IMG/VR virus record: IMGVR_UViG_3300047359_000730
Span: 1-38,058 of that record
Direction: 5' to 3' (one strand)
DNA: 38,058 nt
Origin: a virus
Taxonomy: Duplodnaviria > Caudoviricetes
In this document: piece after piece, positions 7,227-19,600 of the stretch
How the letters are laid out: every line of letters begins with the position of its first letter
How positions within the stretch are numbered: the stretch's first letter is position 1
Position numbers and translations under genes: made by a program
Notes under the pieces: model-generated
Told to the model about the DNA's origin: nothing
What the model saw: the letters and a program-made list of their open reading frames with translations, nothing else
The model's database searches: none

Positions 7227-8750
7227 TTATACCTTAAGAACACATTCTACTAATTTTTCGCCCTCGTCGTTATTTGTTTCTAGTGCTATGCCTACTAATG
7301 CTGTTGAGGCAATAGTTGTGCATACACCTTCTGCCCAAGCATACACTGCCATACCTTTTGAAACTGGACCTTTTACTCTTACTGGTAAACGTCCTTTAAG
7401 TCCGATATATTGCCCTTCAGCTTCGCTATTCATCATATATGCAGGATCTGTTGATACAACACCGATACAAAATGAACTTGCACTTGCTGGTTCTACTTCA
7501 TGATCTGGATGTCCGCATACTGCAACTGCTGTACCTGCTGGTAATTCTTCAGCAGTGGTATATTTCTCTGCAAGGTCAGCAAATTGTGCTTGTGTTGCAG
7601 TACCATGGAATACATTTGCTGTTAAATCACCGCTTGCATCTCTAGCTGCGATAGTATTTCCGCCAGCTGCTATAGATGCTGTTTGAAAACCAGCTGCGCC
7701 AGCAGCAGGGTCATTTACTTTAAGATTAGTTGCTTTATCAGCTTCGCCTCTAAAGTTTGTAGCATATACTTCTGCCCACTGTAATGTACTTGATCCTAGA
7801 TCAGTTACATTATCCAATACAGGAACTAATCCTGGATGTGTAATTTTTGCTACATCAGTTAGTGTACCTGAAGCGTTTGTTGTTTTAAAAATTATTTCAC
7901 TGTTACTACCATTATTGTTTGATAATATACCTGCGCCGCTTTGTGTAGATAGACCAAAGATACCATCTATAGTTGCACTAGGTGCAGATATTCCTGAACT
8001 AAAATTAGCAGATGCAGTTAATGCATACGCACTTGCTGCTACGCCGCCTAACATAGCTGCGTTTGATGCTGTACCGTGGTAAACATAATCATTTCCGACT
8101 ACATTAGTACTGTTAGTTACACCATTATCAGCAGTTAATGTATGCTTTAGTGTTGTACCTTTTTTAATTCTGTCAAATCCTGCTATAGGATTAATTGACC
8201 CTAAGTCAAATTCGTCATTGCTTATAATAAATGAAGTTTGATCATTAATTACAGCTTTAATAATAGTTTTAGATGCACCTAAAGTATCAACTACTTGTTC
8301 ACTTACCATGTTAGTAATACCCGAACCAGCAGACTGAGGACCAACTAGGGTATATTGATTATCTCCTGCTGTGCCGTTATGCACATATAACTGGTTGTTT
8401 ACTTCATCCCACCAAAAATCACCTTTAACAAGTGTACTAGGTGCGCTTGATGCTATCTCAGAGCCGCCTGTTGACTTCCAATACCCAATCCCTGGCAATG
8501 CACCAGGAGTAGCAACAAAATATTTTAGTTTACTATTTGTAGAATCGTACCATAGCTGCCCTCTAATTGCTCTAGTTGGTGCGTTTCCGCCTGCAAAGTT
8601 TTCTAACAAGAACAATAAGTTCTCGTTTTGGATCTCTCCGTACCCTGCGTAGTTTTTACCAATAAATTTGATATTGGTTGTTTGATCTATAGTTCCATCT
8701 TCTACTGTTGTTAACAGTGAATTGTCGAATCTATCAATTTGATAAGCCAT
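7227..8750 (-). CDS. Tail fibre/spike with C-terminal intramolecular chaperone (peptidase G2/IMC-like) domain, 507 aa
   Basis: Shared fibre N-terminus (GKNYAGYGEIQNEN..LLENFA...GQLWYD). The C-terminus ADLAEKY...IGVVSTDPAY.MN...GLKGRLPVRVKG...GIALE (7227-7580) is typical of autocleaving chaperone domains. Confidence 0.7.
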   Translation of the reverse strand: MAYQIDRFDNSLLTTVEDGTIDQTTNIKFIGKNYAGYGEIQNENLLFLLENFAGGNAPTRAIRGQLWYDSTNSKLKYFVATPGALPGIGYWKSTGGSEIASSAPSTLVKGDFWWDEVNNQLYVHNGTAGDNQYTLVGPQSAGSGITNMVSEQVVDTLGASKTIIKAVINDQTSFIISNDEFDLGSINPIAGFDRIKKGTTLKHTLTADNGVTNSTNVVGNDYVYHGTASNAAMLGGVAASAYALTASANFSSGISAPSATIDGIFGLSTQSGAGILSNNNGSNSEIIFKTTNASGTLTDVAKITHPGLVPVLDNVTDLGSSTLQWAEVYATNFRGEADKATNLKVNDPAAGAAGFQTASIAAGGNTIAARDASGDLTANVFHGTATQAQFADLAEKYTTAEELPAGTAVAVCGHPDHEVEPASASSFCIGVVSTDPAYMMNSEAEGQYIGLKGRLPVRVKGPVSKGMAVYAWAEGVCTTIASTALVGIALETNNDEGEKLVECVLKV

Positions 8751-8775
8751 ATTCTGTACCCCTAAATGCTATTAT

Positions 8776-8781
8776 TATTTA
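8776..8781 (-). promoter_or_regulatory. TAAATA late-promoter-like motif
   Basis: Lies in the 39-nt gap before the 507-aa gene and is followed by an AGGGG RBS. Confidence 0.55.
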
Positions 8782-8789
8782 TCGTATCT

Positions 8790-10676
8790 TTATAAACTTT
8801 CAAGACCTATGTTTACCCATTCAATTGTTGTAATGTTAGTAACAGGATCAGTATTTGCCTGCACTTCATAAGTTAAAAGTTGTCTGTTCGGATTTGTGAA
8901 TTCGATGTTGTTAAACGCAATATCTCGAACCACTGGTTGATTTTCTGTACCATTTTTGTCAACAGCAACCGTTGAAATATTCTTTGCTGTTTCAATATTA
9001 ATTGTAACACTACTATAACTAGTTGTGTGTATTCTTGCTATTTTACCGACGTTAACAGATTCAACTGGAAACAGCCCTGCTAGGTAAGAAGCAACAATTT
9101 CTAGATATGCTAAGTTAGTATCGATTCCAGTAACGTCTAATGACATAGCTAATGGCTGTGTCAATGTCGTATTATCAACATACACTTTATTAGCAGCATC
9201 GCCCGGATTCTGTGGTGTAGCAATACCACTTATTCTAGCAACAGGGTTAATTTGTATCGAGCCGCCTGTAGTAAATGTAACGTTACCTGTAGCTTGTAAA
9301 TTTAAATTACCAGTTGCTAAAACAGTGTTACCGTCTATATTAATGTTATCTACATCTAGATACACTAATGTACCTAGTCTAACTAAATCATCTGCAAAGT
9401 TAATATTTTGTAAACTATTTTCTGTTAGTTTGATACTACCGTTAATTTTATAACTTAACGATTCGTCCGTTAGGTTCATATCTTTATTTGCTTCCCAAGC
9501 ATTAGAATCATATTCCCATAAGAACGTTTTATCGCCTTGTGTAGATCTAACAATAATACCACCGCCGTCTGCAAATAAATCGTCTTGTGCTGTACCGTCA
9601 GCAGTAACAGCAAGTTTAATTGATTTATCCAAAACTTGCAAGGTTGTAACTTCAACGCTTAACTGTTCACCTTCAACAACCAAGTTGCCTGTTATTCGTG
9701 TATCACCTTCAACGTCTAATGTATATAACGGAAGTCGGTCAATATTCATTATACCGACTCTACCTTCACTAGCATCAATGTATACAGCGTTAGTTAAGTT
9801 ACCTAGGTTAGCACCAGACACAACTCTTAAAGCAAGGTCACTGTTTGAAATAGGATTTTCAATAAAGAAATTAGCACCCTGTGGACGCATACTCATAATT
9901 GTATTAGTAGTATTTGAAAATATCAAACCGTTTGTGTTTCTTATTTCTAATCTACCAGTTGTTAAACTATCAATATCAGATCTAATAAACTGATCAGCAT
10001 TAAGTAATTGTCCGTCAGTTGTTGCTAAGTTTGAAGTACTTTCAGCAATACCTATAAATTTAAAATTTACTTTATCGTATACGTTAAAGCCTTTGAATAT
10101 AATACCGTTAGGGTTACTTGCTGATACTAGTGCCGGAATTCTAGCAACTACAGCAGGAGTAAATTCAGTATTACTAAATAATCCAGTTTCTTCGTTATTA
10201 ATATATAGTTTAGCAACTGTAATCTCAACTTCTGTAATACTTTTAATAGTTTCAACAAAGAAACCTGTTTTACCTTGGTTTTTAGTAAAGCTCGGTCCAA
10301 TTAATAATGGATCGCCGCCGCCGTCAAAAAAGTATAATTGGTCATCACTGTTGTTAAACCAAAAGTCGCCAGCTGCTAGTCCAATAGGCTGTGTTGACTG
10401 AATAAACGGTTCACCTGTTGATTTCCATTCTACGCCAGTGTAAATTTTTAACTGGTTGTTTGCGCTATCCCACCATAACTGCCCTGTGAGCGGATTGCTT
10501 GGTGCAGCAGTGTTAGAAAAGTTTTCAAGCAATTTAATAAAGTTTTCATTAAAAACTTCACCGTAGCCTCTGTATCCTCTGCCTACAAGTGTTAAGTTTG
10601 TGCTTGTAGTGTCAATCTTTCCGTCAATTAAGTCTACTAATACTGCACCATTTGTTTTATTTAATTGATAGCTCAT
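8790..10676 (-). CDS. Tail fibre-like protein, 628 aa
   Basis: Same N-terminal module (GRGYRGYGEVFNENFIKLLENFS...GQLWWD). Fibre-type segments GRVGI...LDVEGD and DAANKVYVD. Confidence 0.7.
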   Translation of the reverse strand: MSYQLNKTNGAVLVDLIDGKIDTTSTNLTLVGRGYRGYGEVFNENFIKLLENFSNTAAPSNPLTGQLWWDSANNQLKIYTGVEWKSTGEPFIQSTQPIGLAAGDFWFNNSDDQLYFFDGGGDPLLIGPSFTKNQGKTGFFVETIKSITEVEITVAKLYINNEETGLFSNTEFTPAVVARIPALVSASNPNGIIFKGFNVYDKVNFKFIGIAESTSNLATTDGQLLNADQFIRSDIDSLTTGRLEIRNTNGLIFSNTTNTIMSMRPQGANFFIENPISNSDLALRVVSGANLGNLTNAVYIDASEGRVGIMNIDRLPLYTLDVEGDTRITGNLVVEGEQLSVEVTTLQVLDKSIKLAVTADGTAQDDLFADGGGIIVRSTQGDKTFLWEYDSNAWEANKDMNLTDESLSYKINGSIKLTENSLQNINFADDLVRLGTLVYLDVDNINIDGNTVLATGNLNLQATGNVTFTTGGSIQINPVARISGIATPQNPGDAANKVYVDNTTLTQPLAMSLDVTGIDTNLAYLEIVASYLAGLFPVESVNVGKIARIHTTSYSSVTINIETAKNISTVAVDKNGTENQPVVRDIAFNNIEFTNPNRQLLTYEVQANTDPVTNITTIEWVNIGLESL

Positions 10677-13042
10677 GTTGATGTTCCTGCGTATATAATG
10701 TAATTCAATGCCAAATACGGGTTCATAACGTTAAGTGGCGAACCTAAGGCGCCGCCTGTTTCTATGCCGCCTGTAGTTGTCTTTCCTTGATAACCCGAGG
10801 CACCTGCTTCTATAGATATAGGAATACCGTCTGGATCGGTTAATAACTGCCCCGGGTTATCTGGATCCTGTGCTTTCTGAGTGATAGCATAGAATTGAGA
10901 TTCGTCACCTTCTAAAGTATGATCATGATCTGGTAAATTCTGTGTGTTAATTGAATAGGATTGATTTCCCTGTGATTGTCCTAATGTATCTGGGCCACCA
11001 CCTTCAAACGCAATACCTGTAAAGCTAAATGTAGCAATTCCGCCTACGGTTAAAGAGTTAATTGTAATTACTAGATCATGAGTAGGTGTAGCACCTCCAA
11101 ATATAACTCCAGAAATTGTAACTTTTTCTGTAACTGTATAACCAGTACCTGGATTAGTAACTTGTACATTATAATTTCCAGCATTAAGTTGCACACTGAA
11201 TACAGCGCCAGAACCAGTACCTGTTGTAGATGTTTGTTGAACGTTAGTAAAGCTTGCAACTGATCCAGTAACACGGTTTGCTGCTTGTCCGCCCATATTG
11301 TCGACACCCAAAGGAAATCTACCTCTTAAATCAGGTAATCCAAATTTTAGATCGCCGCCGTCGCTAACTAAACTTGCTGGTTTAAAGTTATGTCCTAGTA
11401 CTTGCCATAGATCGTTGTAGTCAGTTTTAAATACTTCTTGCCCTGTACATAGTAACCAACCCGCGGGTGCTGTAACACCTGCATATGGCATAATACTACC
11501 AATTGGTGTAATAGGCACAGATGCCAATAAATCAACTTTGTTTACTTTATATAGTCCTGAATCTGCACCTGTAGTTTTGTTAATTAACAGTTCGTCTGTA
11601 TTACTAATTAAATCAGCTCTAAGTTTTGTTTTACTAGCAACAATATCGTTTGATATCGAAACTTCAAATACCTTTTCAGATCCTGACTGTCCGTCAAACT
11701 CAAAACTATTACTTGTAAAATCGCCTTGCATTCTAAATGTAGTTGCATTTGTTAGTTTGTCAGCAGTAGTCGATCTACCAGTAACATTACCAGTAACATT
11801 ACCAGTCACATTTCCTAAAAATGATTCTGCATACATTCTTTTAAAAGGAGCAGATGACGATCCTATATCGTAAGAATTAATGTCTAATGCAGGCAATATA
11901 TGAGCATTTACTACAGTGCTTCCGGCAATATTTAAACCGCCGCCTATATGTAAATCTTGAGCAATCCCTGCGCCACCTTTTACTACAAGTGAGCCTGAAC
12001 TAAAGTTAATAGCATTTTCAGTATTACTGGCTTCTATTTTACCCGTATTAGTAGGATCCGAAGTATCGACTGTTGCTTTAATATTACCTATAACATCAAG
12101 TGCTTGACTTGGTGCAAGGTTATTAATACCTACTCTTTCTTCACTATTAATTCTTAAAACAGTATTAAAAGATTGATCTACATCTTTAAGTATCATATCT
12201 ATCGAAGACACTTGGTTATTATTTTTTAATTCAACTGACGTACCATTTACGCCTACTTGGAATTGACCATCTGTTCCAAGTTTAAATCCGGAGTTATTAT
12301 TGATTGTGAGCTGTTCGTTTAAAATTGCACGAGCGTCAGTTCTTATAAATTTTTCAGCAGCAACTTCAACTGCGCCGCCGCTTTCAACAACTATAAGTCC
12401 TTTAGCACTTTCAGCTATCCCAATAAATTTTATAGGATTGTCTATACTACCTTCATTACGTAAATTAAAACCCTTCTTAAGAGTACCAAACCCACTAATA
12501 GCAGTTTTAGGTGTAAAATCTTCTGCGCTTACAATAGCATATGGTATATCCTGTATATACATAATGAATATACTTTTGCTTAGATTATCAATATCTAAAA
12601 CAGTTTGTGCTCTGCCGCCTGTAAGTAATCCTGTTCCTGCTTCAGGTCCAATTAACAACCAAGTATTTCCTGAGAAGATATACAGTTGTTGATTAACTGT
12701 ATCAACCCATAAGTCACCCGGTGACGACTGGTTAGACAATGGCTGTGAAGCTGCTTTTACAAATCCACTTGCTGTACGCCATTGGGCACTATCATATATT
12801 TTTAATTGATCAATGCCGGTTGAGGTGTCGTACCATAATTGCCCTTCGATAGGGTTACTAGGTTCAGATGCACCTGCAAAATTTTCTAATAAATGTAGGA
12901 AATTATCAGCAATTGCTTGTCCATAACCAATTGCACCCTTACCTGGAAATTTTAAACTAGTATCAATTAAGTTAATTTCTCCGTCGCTAATTTCGATAGA
13001 TCCTTTATTTACAAAGTCTGTAAATTTAACTGTATAAGGCAT
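10673..13042 (-). CDS. Tail fibre with phage tail-collar domain, 789 aa
   Basis: Shared N-terminus. Collar motif PIGSIMPYAG..APAGWLLC.GQ...LPDLRGRFPLG (11306-11506). C-terminal NLPDHDH...NPYLALNYII. Confidence 0.8.
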   Translation of the reverse strand: MPYTVKFTDFVNKGSIEISDGEINLIDTSLKFPGKGAIGYGQAIADNFLHLLENFAGASEPSNPIEGQLWYDTSTGIDQLKIYDSAQWRTASGFVKAASQPLSNQSSPGDLWVDTVNQQLYIFSGNTWLLIGPEAGTGLLTGGRAQTVLDIDNLSKSIFIMYIQDIPYAIVSAEDFTPKTAISGFGTLKKGFNLRNEGSIDNPIKFIGIAESAKGLIVVESGGAVEVAAEKFIRTDARAILNEQLTINNNSGFKLGTDGQFQVGVNGTSVELKNNNQVSSIDMILKDVDQSFNTVLRINSEERVGINNLAPSQALDVIGNIKATVDTSDPTNTGKIEASNTENAINFSSGSLVVKGGAGIAQDLHIGGGLNIAGSTVVNAHILPALDINSYDIGSSSAPFKRMYAESFLGNVTGNVTGNVTGRSTTADKLTNATTFRMQGDFTSNSFEFDGQSGSEKVFEVSISNDIVASKTKLRADLISNTDELLINKTTGADSGLYKVNKVDLLASVPITPIGSIMPYAGVTAPAGWLLCTGQEVFKTDYNDLWQVLGHNFKPASLVSDGGDLKFGLPDLRGRFPLGVDNMGGQAANRVTGSVASFTNVQQTSTTGTGSGAVFSVQLNAGNYNVQVTNPGTGYTVTEKVTISGVIFGGATPTHDLVITINSLTVGGIATFSFTGIAFEGGGPDTLGQSQGNQSYSINTQNLPDHDHTLEGDESQFYAITQKAQDPDNPGQLLTDPDGIPISIEAGASGYQGKTTTGGIETGGALGSPLNVMNPYLALNYIIYAGTST
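11777..11812. repeat. 3 x 12-bp coding tandem repeat (NVTG x3)
   Basis: accagtaacatt accagtaacatt accagtcacatt. Confidence 0.9.
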
Positions 13043-13656
13043 TATGCATTACCTCCTGACAAACTCTGTATTCTCACTGTATAGTCAATTTGTATTAGTC
13101 TGTTTAATGATTTCTGTACAGGATGAAAGATAACATGTGTAATTAGTTTGCCTGATTCGTTTGGATCACTTGATTTACTACGCAACCCTAATTCATCAAA
13201 TATATAATCACTAGACAAATCAGTAGCATTATCAAATGCTTCCTGTGCAGGAGGCTCTGAATAATCTAATAAACAACTTACAAGTATGTCTGTATAATTT
13301 GTTCCTGTAACGTGTCTAATTTCTAAATAATTACTTTCTGGATTATTGTTAAGCAATCCATCGTCAACTACAACTTTTGAATATGTTTGATTGTAAAGAC
13401 TTGCATTTGCACCTGTACTGTTTGGTGTTAGGTATGTAATAATACCTGTTGGATCAACACTTGTGCCGCCGTTGCCGAAGCTCATTTCGTATATAAATCC
13501 TTTACCTAAGTTTGCCATACTTTCTGCAAGAGCAACACTCATATTTTCATAGTGTATTGCATTACGTTTTTGTACAAAAACTTCGCCATTGCTAGGATCG
13601 TATATCTTAATATGGCCCTGTACTGCTATTCCGTTTAAATCTGTTATACTGTTCAT
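13042..13656 (-). CDS. Putative baseplate/fibre-attachment structural protein, 204 aa
   Basis: AGGAAG RBS; TAATG coupling to the fibre gene. MSFGNGG...FDELGL...PVQKS...IDYTVRI resembles tail-collar-fibre/attachment domains. Confidence 0.6.
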   Translation of the reverse strand: MNSITDLNGIAVQGHIKIYDPSNGEVFVQKRNAIHYENMSVALAESMANLGKGFIYEMSFGNGGTSVDPTGIITYLTPNSTGANASLYNQTYSKVVVDDGLLNNNPESNYLEIRHVTGTNYTDILVSCLLDYSEPPAQEAFDNATDLSSDYIFDELGLRSKSSDPNESGKLITHVIFHPVQKSLNRLIQIDYTVRIQSLSGGNA

Positions 13657-13675
13657 GTTGTCTTCCTATACAATG

Positions 13676-13681
13676 TATTTA
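13676..13681 (-). promoter_or_regulatory. TAAATA late-promoter-like motif
   Basis: Immediately after the stop codon of the giant gene and 19 nt before the next ATG. Confidence 0.55.
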
Positions 13682-16600
13682 TTAGTTTCCGGATCTCAAA
13701 AAGAACCCGATACTTGTTTCTGTTTCAGTTATTGATTCGCCTATTACATTCCACATTGAGCCTTTTTTTCTAGTTACTACAATGTTTCTAGTGGCAAACT
13801 CTAGCAATGACGAATTAGTAATATCAATTATTGCTTGTACTGGCGTGTCGTTTTCGATTACATATGACAATGTAAAATCTGCTGCTACATCTTCATCACC
13901 TTCAGGCGAGTCTTGTGCTATAGCAGAATTATATAATTTAGACGTTTTACCAGTTAGTCTAATACCATTAATAAAGATTTCAAACTCATCAATCGAATTA
14001 GGTATAAATCCTAATTCAAATGTACTTGCAATTGAAGATACATCTGCACTATCAACTGTTTGTGTTTGTGTTACATCTTCATATGTAATATTTTTTGTTC
14101 TACTTTGATCATAAACTGGTGTACTTAGTGGATGTACATCACGTACTCCTGTGCCAAGCGTTCCTCGACGTATAAGTCTAAGTCTATTTTCATCCTTAAC
14201 TAGATATTCAATACGCTCCTTACCTATCCACAGCACACCAGGTAAATTTAGTTCTCTGTCTGGATTAGGTAAGTTAGTTGCATCTTTAACTTCAATTTGT
14301 AAATCATACTGTGTGAGTTCTTTTGAAAGTTTAGTTGTCGGGCTATCAATACGCTTATAAGTTGTATTATTTGTTATGTCTTTAAAAATTCTATAACTGT
14401 ATACTGCACTATCTTCTCCTTTAGTAGTAACTTGCATATCTAATGTATCTTGTACTTGTCCTGGAACTAGTTCTTCTACACTTTTTGCACTTTCAGGAGT
14501 AACAAAATTATCACCATCGATTATAATATCTTCAGGTCTTTGTCCACTTGCATTTAAATAATTTAAATCACCACCACTAATATCAGTATCATAAGTTGCA
14601 CCGTAAGGTAAAATACTACCATCGCTTGAAGTTTTTCTCACAACAACCCTTACATATGATTCTCCTTCTCTAATTGCAGTCATTATTCCAAGGTCATTTA
14701 AATTAATTACCTGTGTTTCACCGTCGCCAACTAATGTTTGACAAGTTGCATTTAGGTTAGATTGTTGATCAGTGCCAAAGTTTGCGTCATCATGTCTAAT
14801 GTTACTAAAGATATTATCGTTAGAATCTATACCAATTCTATAAATGTTATATGACACATCTAATTCTAGTGCTCTAGGTAATATTATACTTGTACTAGAA
14901 CCATCAAGTTCTACAATTAAATCTTCTAATTCTTCATCAGCGTCATACTCAAAATCAGTCCATTCGCCGTTGCCCCAGCCTCGTTCTGTTCCAAAATCTA
15001 ATGTATCAATTTGTACACCAGCGTAATCAATACCGTCCATTAATTGTGCTGCATCTTTACTAATCATATTATCATTTGGATTATATGAAAATTTAATTCT
15101 ATCGATAGCATTTAATATTTCTAAACTTTTGTTATAAACAACAGTAACGGTATCGCCTATAGCAGGTGGTGTATTTAATATAACTTGTCCTTTATATCTT
15201 GTATAACCCTTAGACATATCTTGAAGATTAGTTACTGAATATAATCCTGATAAAACTTCATTACCTGCTACATGTACTTCGTATGTACCTTTTAGTAGTT
15301 GCATCGGCCATTCTAAATCAAATGTTGTTTGTGTTCCAGTTCCAGTAAACGACTGTGTGTACTCTAATGTATTTACGGATTGAGTTAGTACTGGCCAATT
15401 TCTATCAAATTTAATTGTAGATCTAATTGTTCTAGTTTTACTTCTACCTAAGACAGGATAAGCTGTTGCTTGAACTCCTTCTGAATTAGGTGGAGGTGCT
15501 ATTTGGATAGTTGGCATTGAAGTGTAACCTTCACCTGGATATACAATTTTTAATCCAGTAATATTTCCATACCCGATAAATGCTTCTATTACTGCACCAT
15601 CGCCGCCGCCACCGATAACTTCGACTGCTGGCTTTGTTGTGTATTCAGTGCCTTCATTTGTAATTTTAATATCAGTAATTTCAAAACCAACATTATCTAA
15701 CCAATTACGTCTTGGATATTCTGTAATGTTATCATCAGTTGTTACTATTTCTCCGTTTGTGACTTTAACACTGTTAGGAACTATTTTTTCTTTTACATCA
15801 TCGTAATAAGTTGGTAAATCAAAATCAGTTACAGAAGTATTTGTTTCTTCTATTTTTGTATGATTACTAATAAATTCTCTTAATACAGTTTTAAAAGGTT
15901 TTACTTCTTCTATATAAGACTTATAATTATCTAAATTATCAACATTAAATGTTATGTCTTGTTCTAATGTACTTGCATGATGTTTTACTTTAACAAAACT
16001 TGTTTTAAAGAACCAGTCCACCGAACGTTGTTCGTTCAAGATATATCTCAATGACGAAATAAACAACTGGTTATATTCATTTTGTAAGTTTCCAACAAAT
16101 ATATCGTCTCTAATTGTTTCTAATATTATTCTTAATTCAATTCTAGGATCTTTATCAAAGCTAAAATTATCAAAACTTCTATTATCAAATCCTGTACTAG
16201 AATCTACGCCATAAAGCGATGATAAAAGTTTAATTGTACCATTTTGTCTGCCAATAGTATCATAAACTTGTGTAAAATCTTCATTATCTGTTATAGATTT
16301 TCTTTTAAGCAATAACCAACCGCCTGTGCCTACATTTTCAACTTTTATAATTTGACCTAATCTTGCATCAGTTCCTTCTATTTGATATGTGCCTTTTACG
16401 TAATGGTCAACTTTTGATAATGCATTATATCCGTCTGCATACCAATCAATATACTGCCAATATTTTGGAACGGAATAACTTTGTACTTTTGTTTTTTGCC
16501 ATGTTTCTTCCGTAGAATTATATCTATAAATAGCCCACGAATTATCTGATAATGTATTATCAGTTGTAACAAGAGCACTATACGCTCTTACTGTAATAGT

Positions 16601-19600
16601 AGTATTATCGTCATAATTTGATCCATTATCAGTAATATTTACACGGATTACTTGTCCTAAATTATTAATTTCTATTTCAAAATTAGCATCTTGCCCTATG
16701 CCATTTATTGTATAAGTAGGAGACACTTTATATCCTCTACCAGGATCTAATATCTGCACGTTAGTTATTTTACCGTTAGTTATAACTGGCTTTAAAATTG
16801 GTGTTTTTATTTTTGAGTTAATAGAAGTAAGCTCAGTTTCATTATTAAATATAACATCAAATAATCTAGAATTAATAGTAGGTAATTCGTCAACTGAATT
16901 TAAACGTTGCATATCAACATTATCCACTATATTATTATTTTCTAAAACTATATTAACTCTATCAACAAGATTTTTTAAAGCCTCTGTTCTATTTTTGAAT
17001 ATGCTTTGACGTGGATTATTTTGTATACCGTATCTGTTTTTTTCTAATAGTACAGGATCAGGTATAGCCCTGTCTAACTTATCAAATCCAATTAGACTAT
17101 CAAACCATTTTGTTTCGATGATCGGGTGTGGTGTACTATTTTTTAAACCATCTGAAAGAATTTGATAAACGTCATGTTCGTTTTGATCACGATTGTCTTG
17201 TGTATGATATCTAATATTTAAAACTATATCATCATTTGTAATTAAACTATCGCAATTATTCAAAGATATACCATTAGAACTTAAGAAACTTATAAATCTA
17301 TATCCCTGCTCTCTCGGTATTGCAATTAATCTTGCAATATCTAAAGCAGAAATTGTTCTGTTAGTATCTGTTTTAGGAACACTATTTTTATTGCGCACCC
17401 AATAGTAATAAATTTCACCAAAAGTTTGACTGTCGTTGTCATATACAAAACGTTTACTAAATTGTGTATCACCATATAATGTTGTTCCAGAAATACCAAG
17501 TGCAGAACCTTCTGGTAAATTTGATAATTCATCCCATGAGCTAGGCAAATAGACCGATTCTACCCATTCATAAACATCTACTGATGCATCAGGCTGTAGC
17601 TCATTCCAGTTATCTTTTTGGTATTGTATGGACTTTTGGTATGGATATGTAAATTTACATTTAGATATATCCCACCAAATTTTTCCAACATGGTCATCTG
17701 ACCAAAATACTGTATCAGCAGAATCACCAACATTATAGGATGCAGGATCATAAGGTGTTTTATAAGTGATATTCTTTTCTGCAGGTCCTGCAATCTTTCC
17801 TTGTATTGGATCGATAAAATCTAAGTAAGAAACAATTTCATCACGTGTTTTATTATACAAAAACGCACTCTTAATTTTTTTAATATCTACAGGATCTGAT
17901 ATTTGTCTAGTTACTTCCCAAGTTTTTGTATCGTAAGTTTTTCTATAATCAAAAAATTCGCCTTGATACTGATTATTATCTTGAGCCGATGCGCCAATAT
18001 ACAGATGATTTCCAATAATTTTTACATTTTGCTCGGCATTATCATCAATTACTCCGTAAGTAATTTTTTCTGCAAAAATTAAGTTATCGTTAACTTCTTC
18101 ATAATAATATACTACTCCTTGATCATAAACTTCAGGAGTAAATATTCCGTTTACTATAAAATCTGTACTATCGTCAATAAACACTCTAGCATCTAAACTA
18201 CCAATGGCTAAATTTTCTTCGCCAAAGGACAGAGTATATCCAAACTTTTTAGTTGTAAACACAGACGGTGGTGTAATAATTTGTGGATTGCTTACATCAA
18301 ACTGTCCGTTAACAAAATTATATATGTGTACTGAACCAATTCCATCTAAAGTTTTCGAAACTGCTAATTTATGCCCTTGCGGATTTAATTTAAAGCTAGT
18401 TGCAAACCCTACATTACCATCAGTATCGTCTATAGTTTGTTGATATCTGTACCTTCCATTGTCAAGCACATAAACTACCAACGCGATAGAATTTCCTGTT
18501 TGTGAAATTTTTGTTATTAAAATATTTGCATTCTCACTAACAATAAAGTCATCACTAAACGATATTATATCAGTATTATCAAACTGCGAATCACCTGTTA
18601 TTAGGCTTGACGTTATCCAAGGAATATATCCGATATATTCTACATTATTATCAACTGCTGTCCAACTTGCATCAGTTGAAAGATCTCCGATAGTTGCTGA
18701 GGTTATTATATTTGTTTCTGCTTTGTATAAGCCACTGTTATATAATACAACACTTCCTTTGCCGTATTCTGAATTTATTGCAACAGTGCCTCGATAGTTT
18801 TCATCGGTAGTTCTCCTCCAACTAATATCTTCCCAACTATTGCTATCGTCAATATTATTATCGCTATCTAAATTAGTTTTTGCTCTATAATATCTTCCTT
18901 CGCTACTTACCGTTTCGCCTATAATATAATTTTCATTAGAATTATATTTTCCTCTATAATTTGTTACATCTATCGGTCCGTGTTCAAAGAAAGTTATTAT
19001 ACCTGAGTTTTCTTCTGTACCTAATCCTTTACTTGAAACGCATAACTTATAACCATTACTAGAATTTAATATTTTAACCTTTTTACCAAAATTTTCATTT
19101 AATACATTAAAGTTAAATTCACTTACTAAAACTTGATTAAGAATATAATTGTTGATGCCGGATTTACTGTATATAGCTACAGCACCTACACCATTTGAAC
19201 TAGGATCACCTGCTTCATTTGTTTCAATATGATAAATCTGAGACCAGTCTAAATTTAAAGAACTTGGAGCGCTTGCAGTGATTTCTGAATCAAGTGTCTG
19301 AGTAAGTGTAGTATAAAAATAATATTCTTGATCAAAAATTTCACTATATTGAGAATAAGCAAAATCATTATCGGCTTCAAATACTAAAAACTTTCCAGCA
19401 TCGCCTGAAGGTACAACAGTGTCTGCATTAAAGTCATTTATTTCACCTACAAGCCTATCTATTTCTCTTATTGTACCGTCAGTAGTTGTACCTGCTAGTC
19501 TACGTATTTGAACTTGTGCAATATTTGATTCTAGGTCCCATAATCCACTATTAATCTTAATATATACTCTTACCTTTTGAAAGTCAACACCTACATTTCT

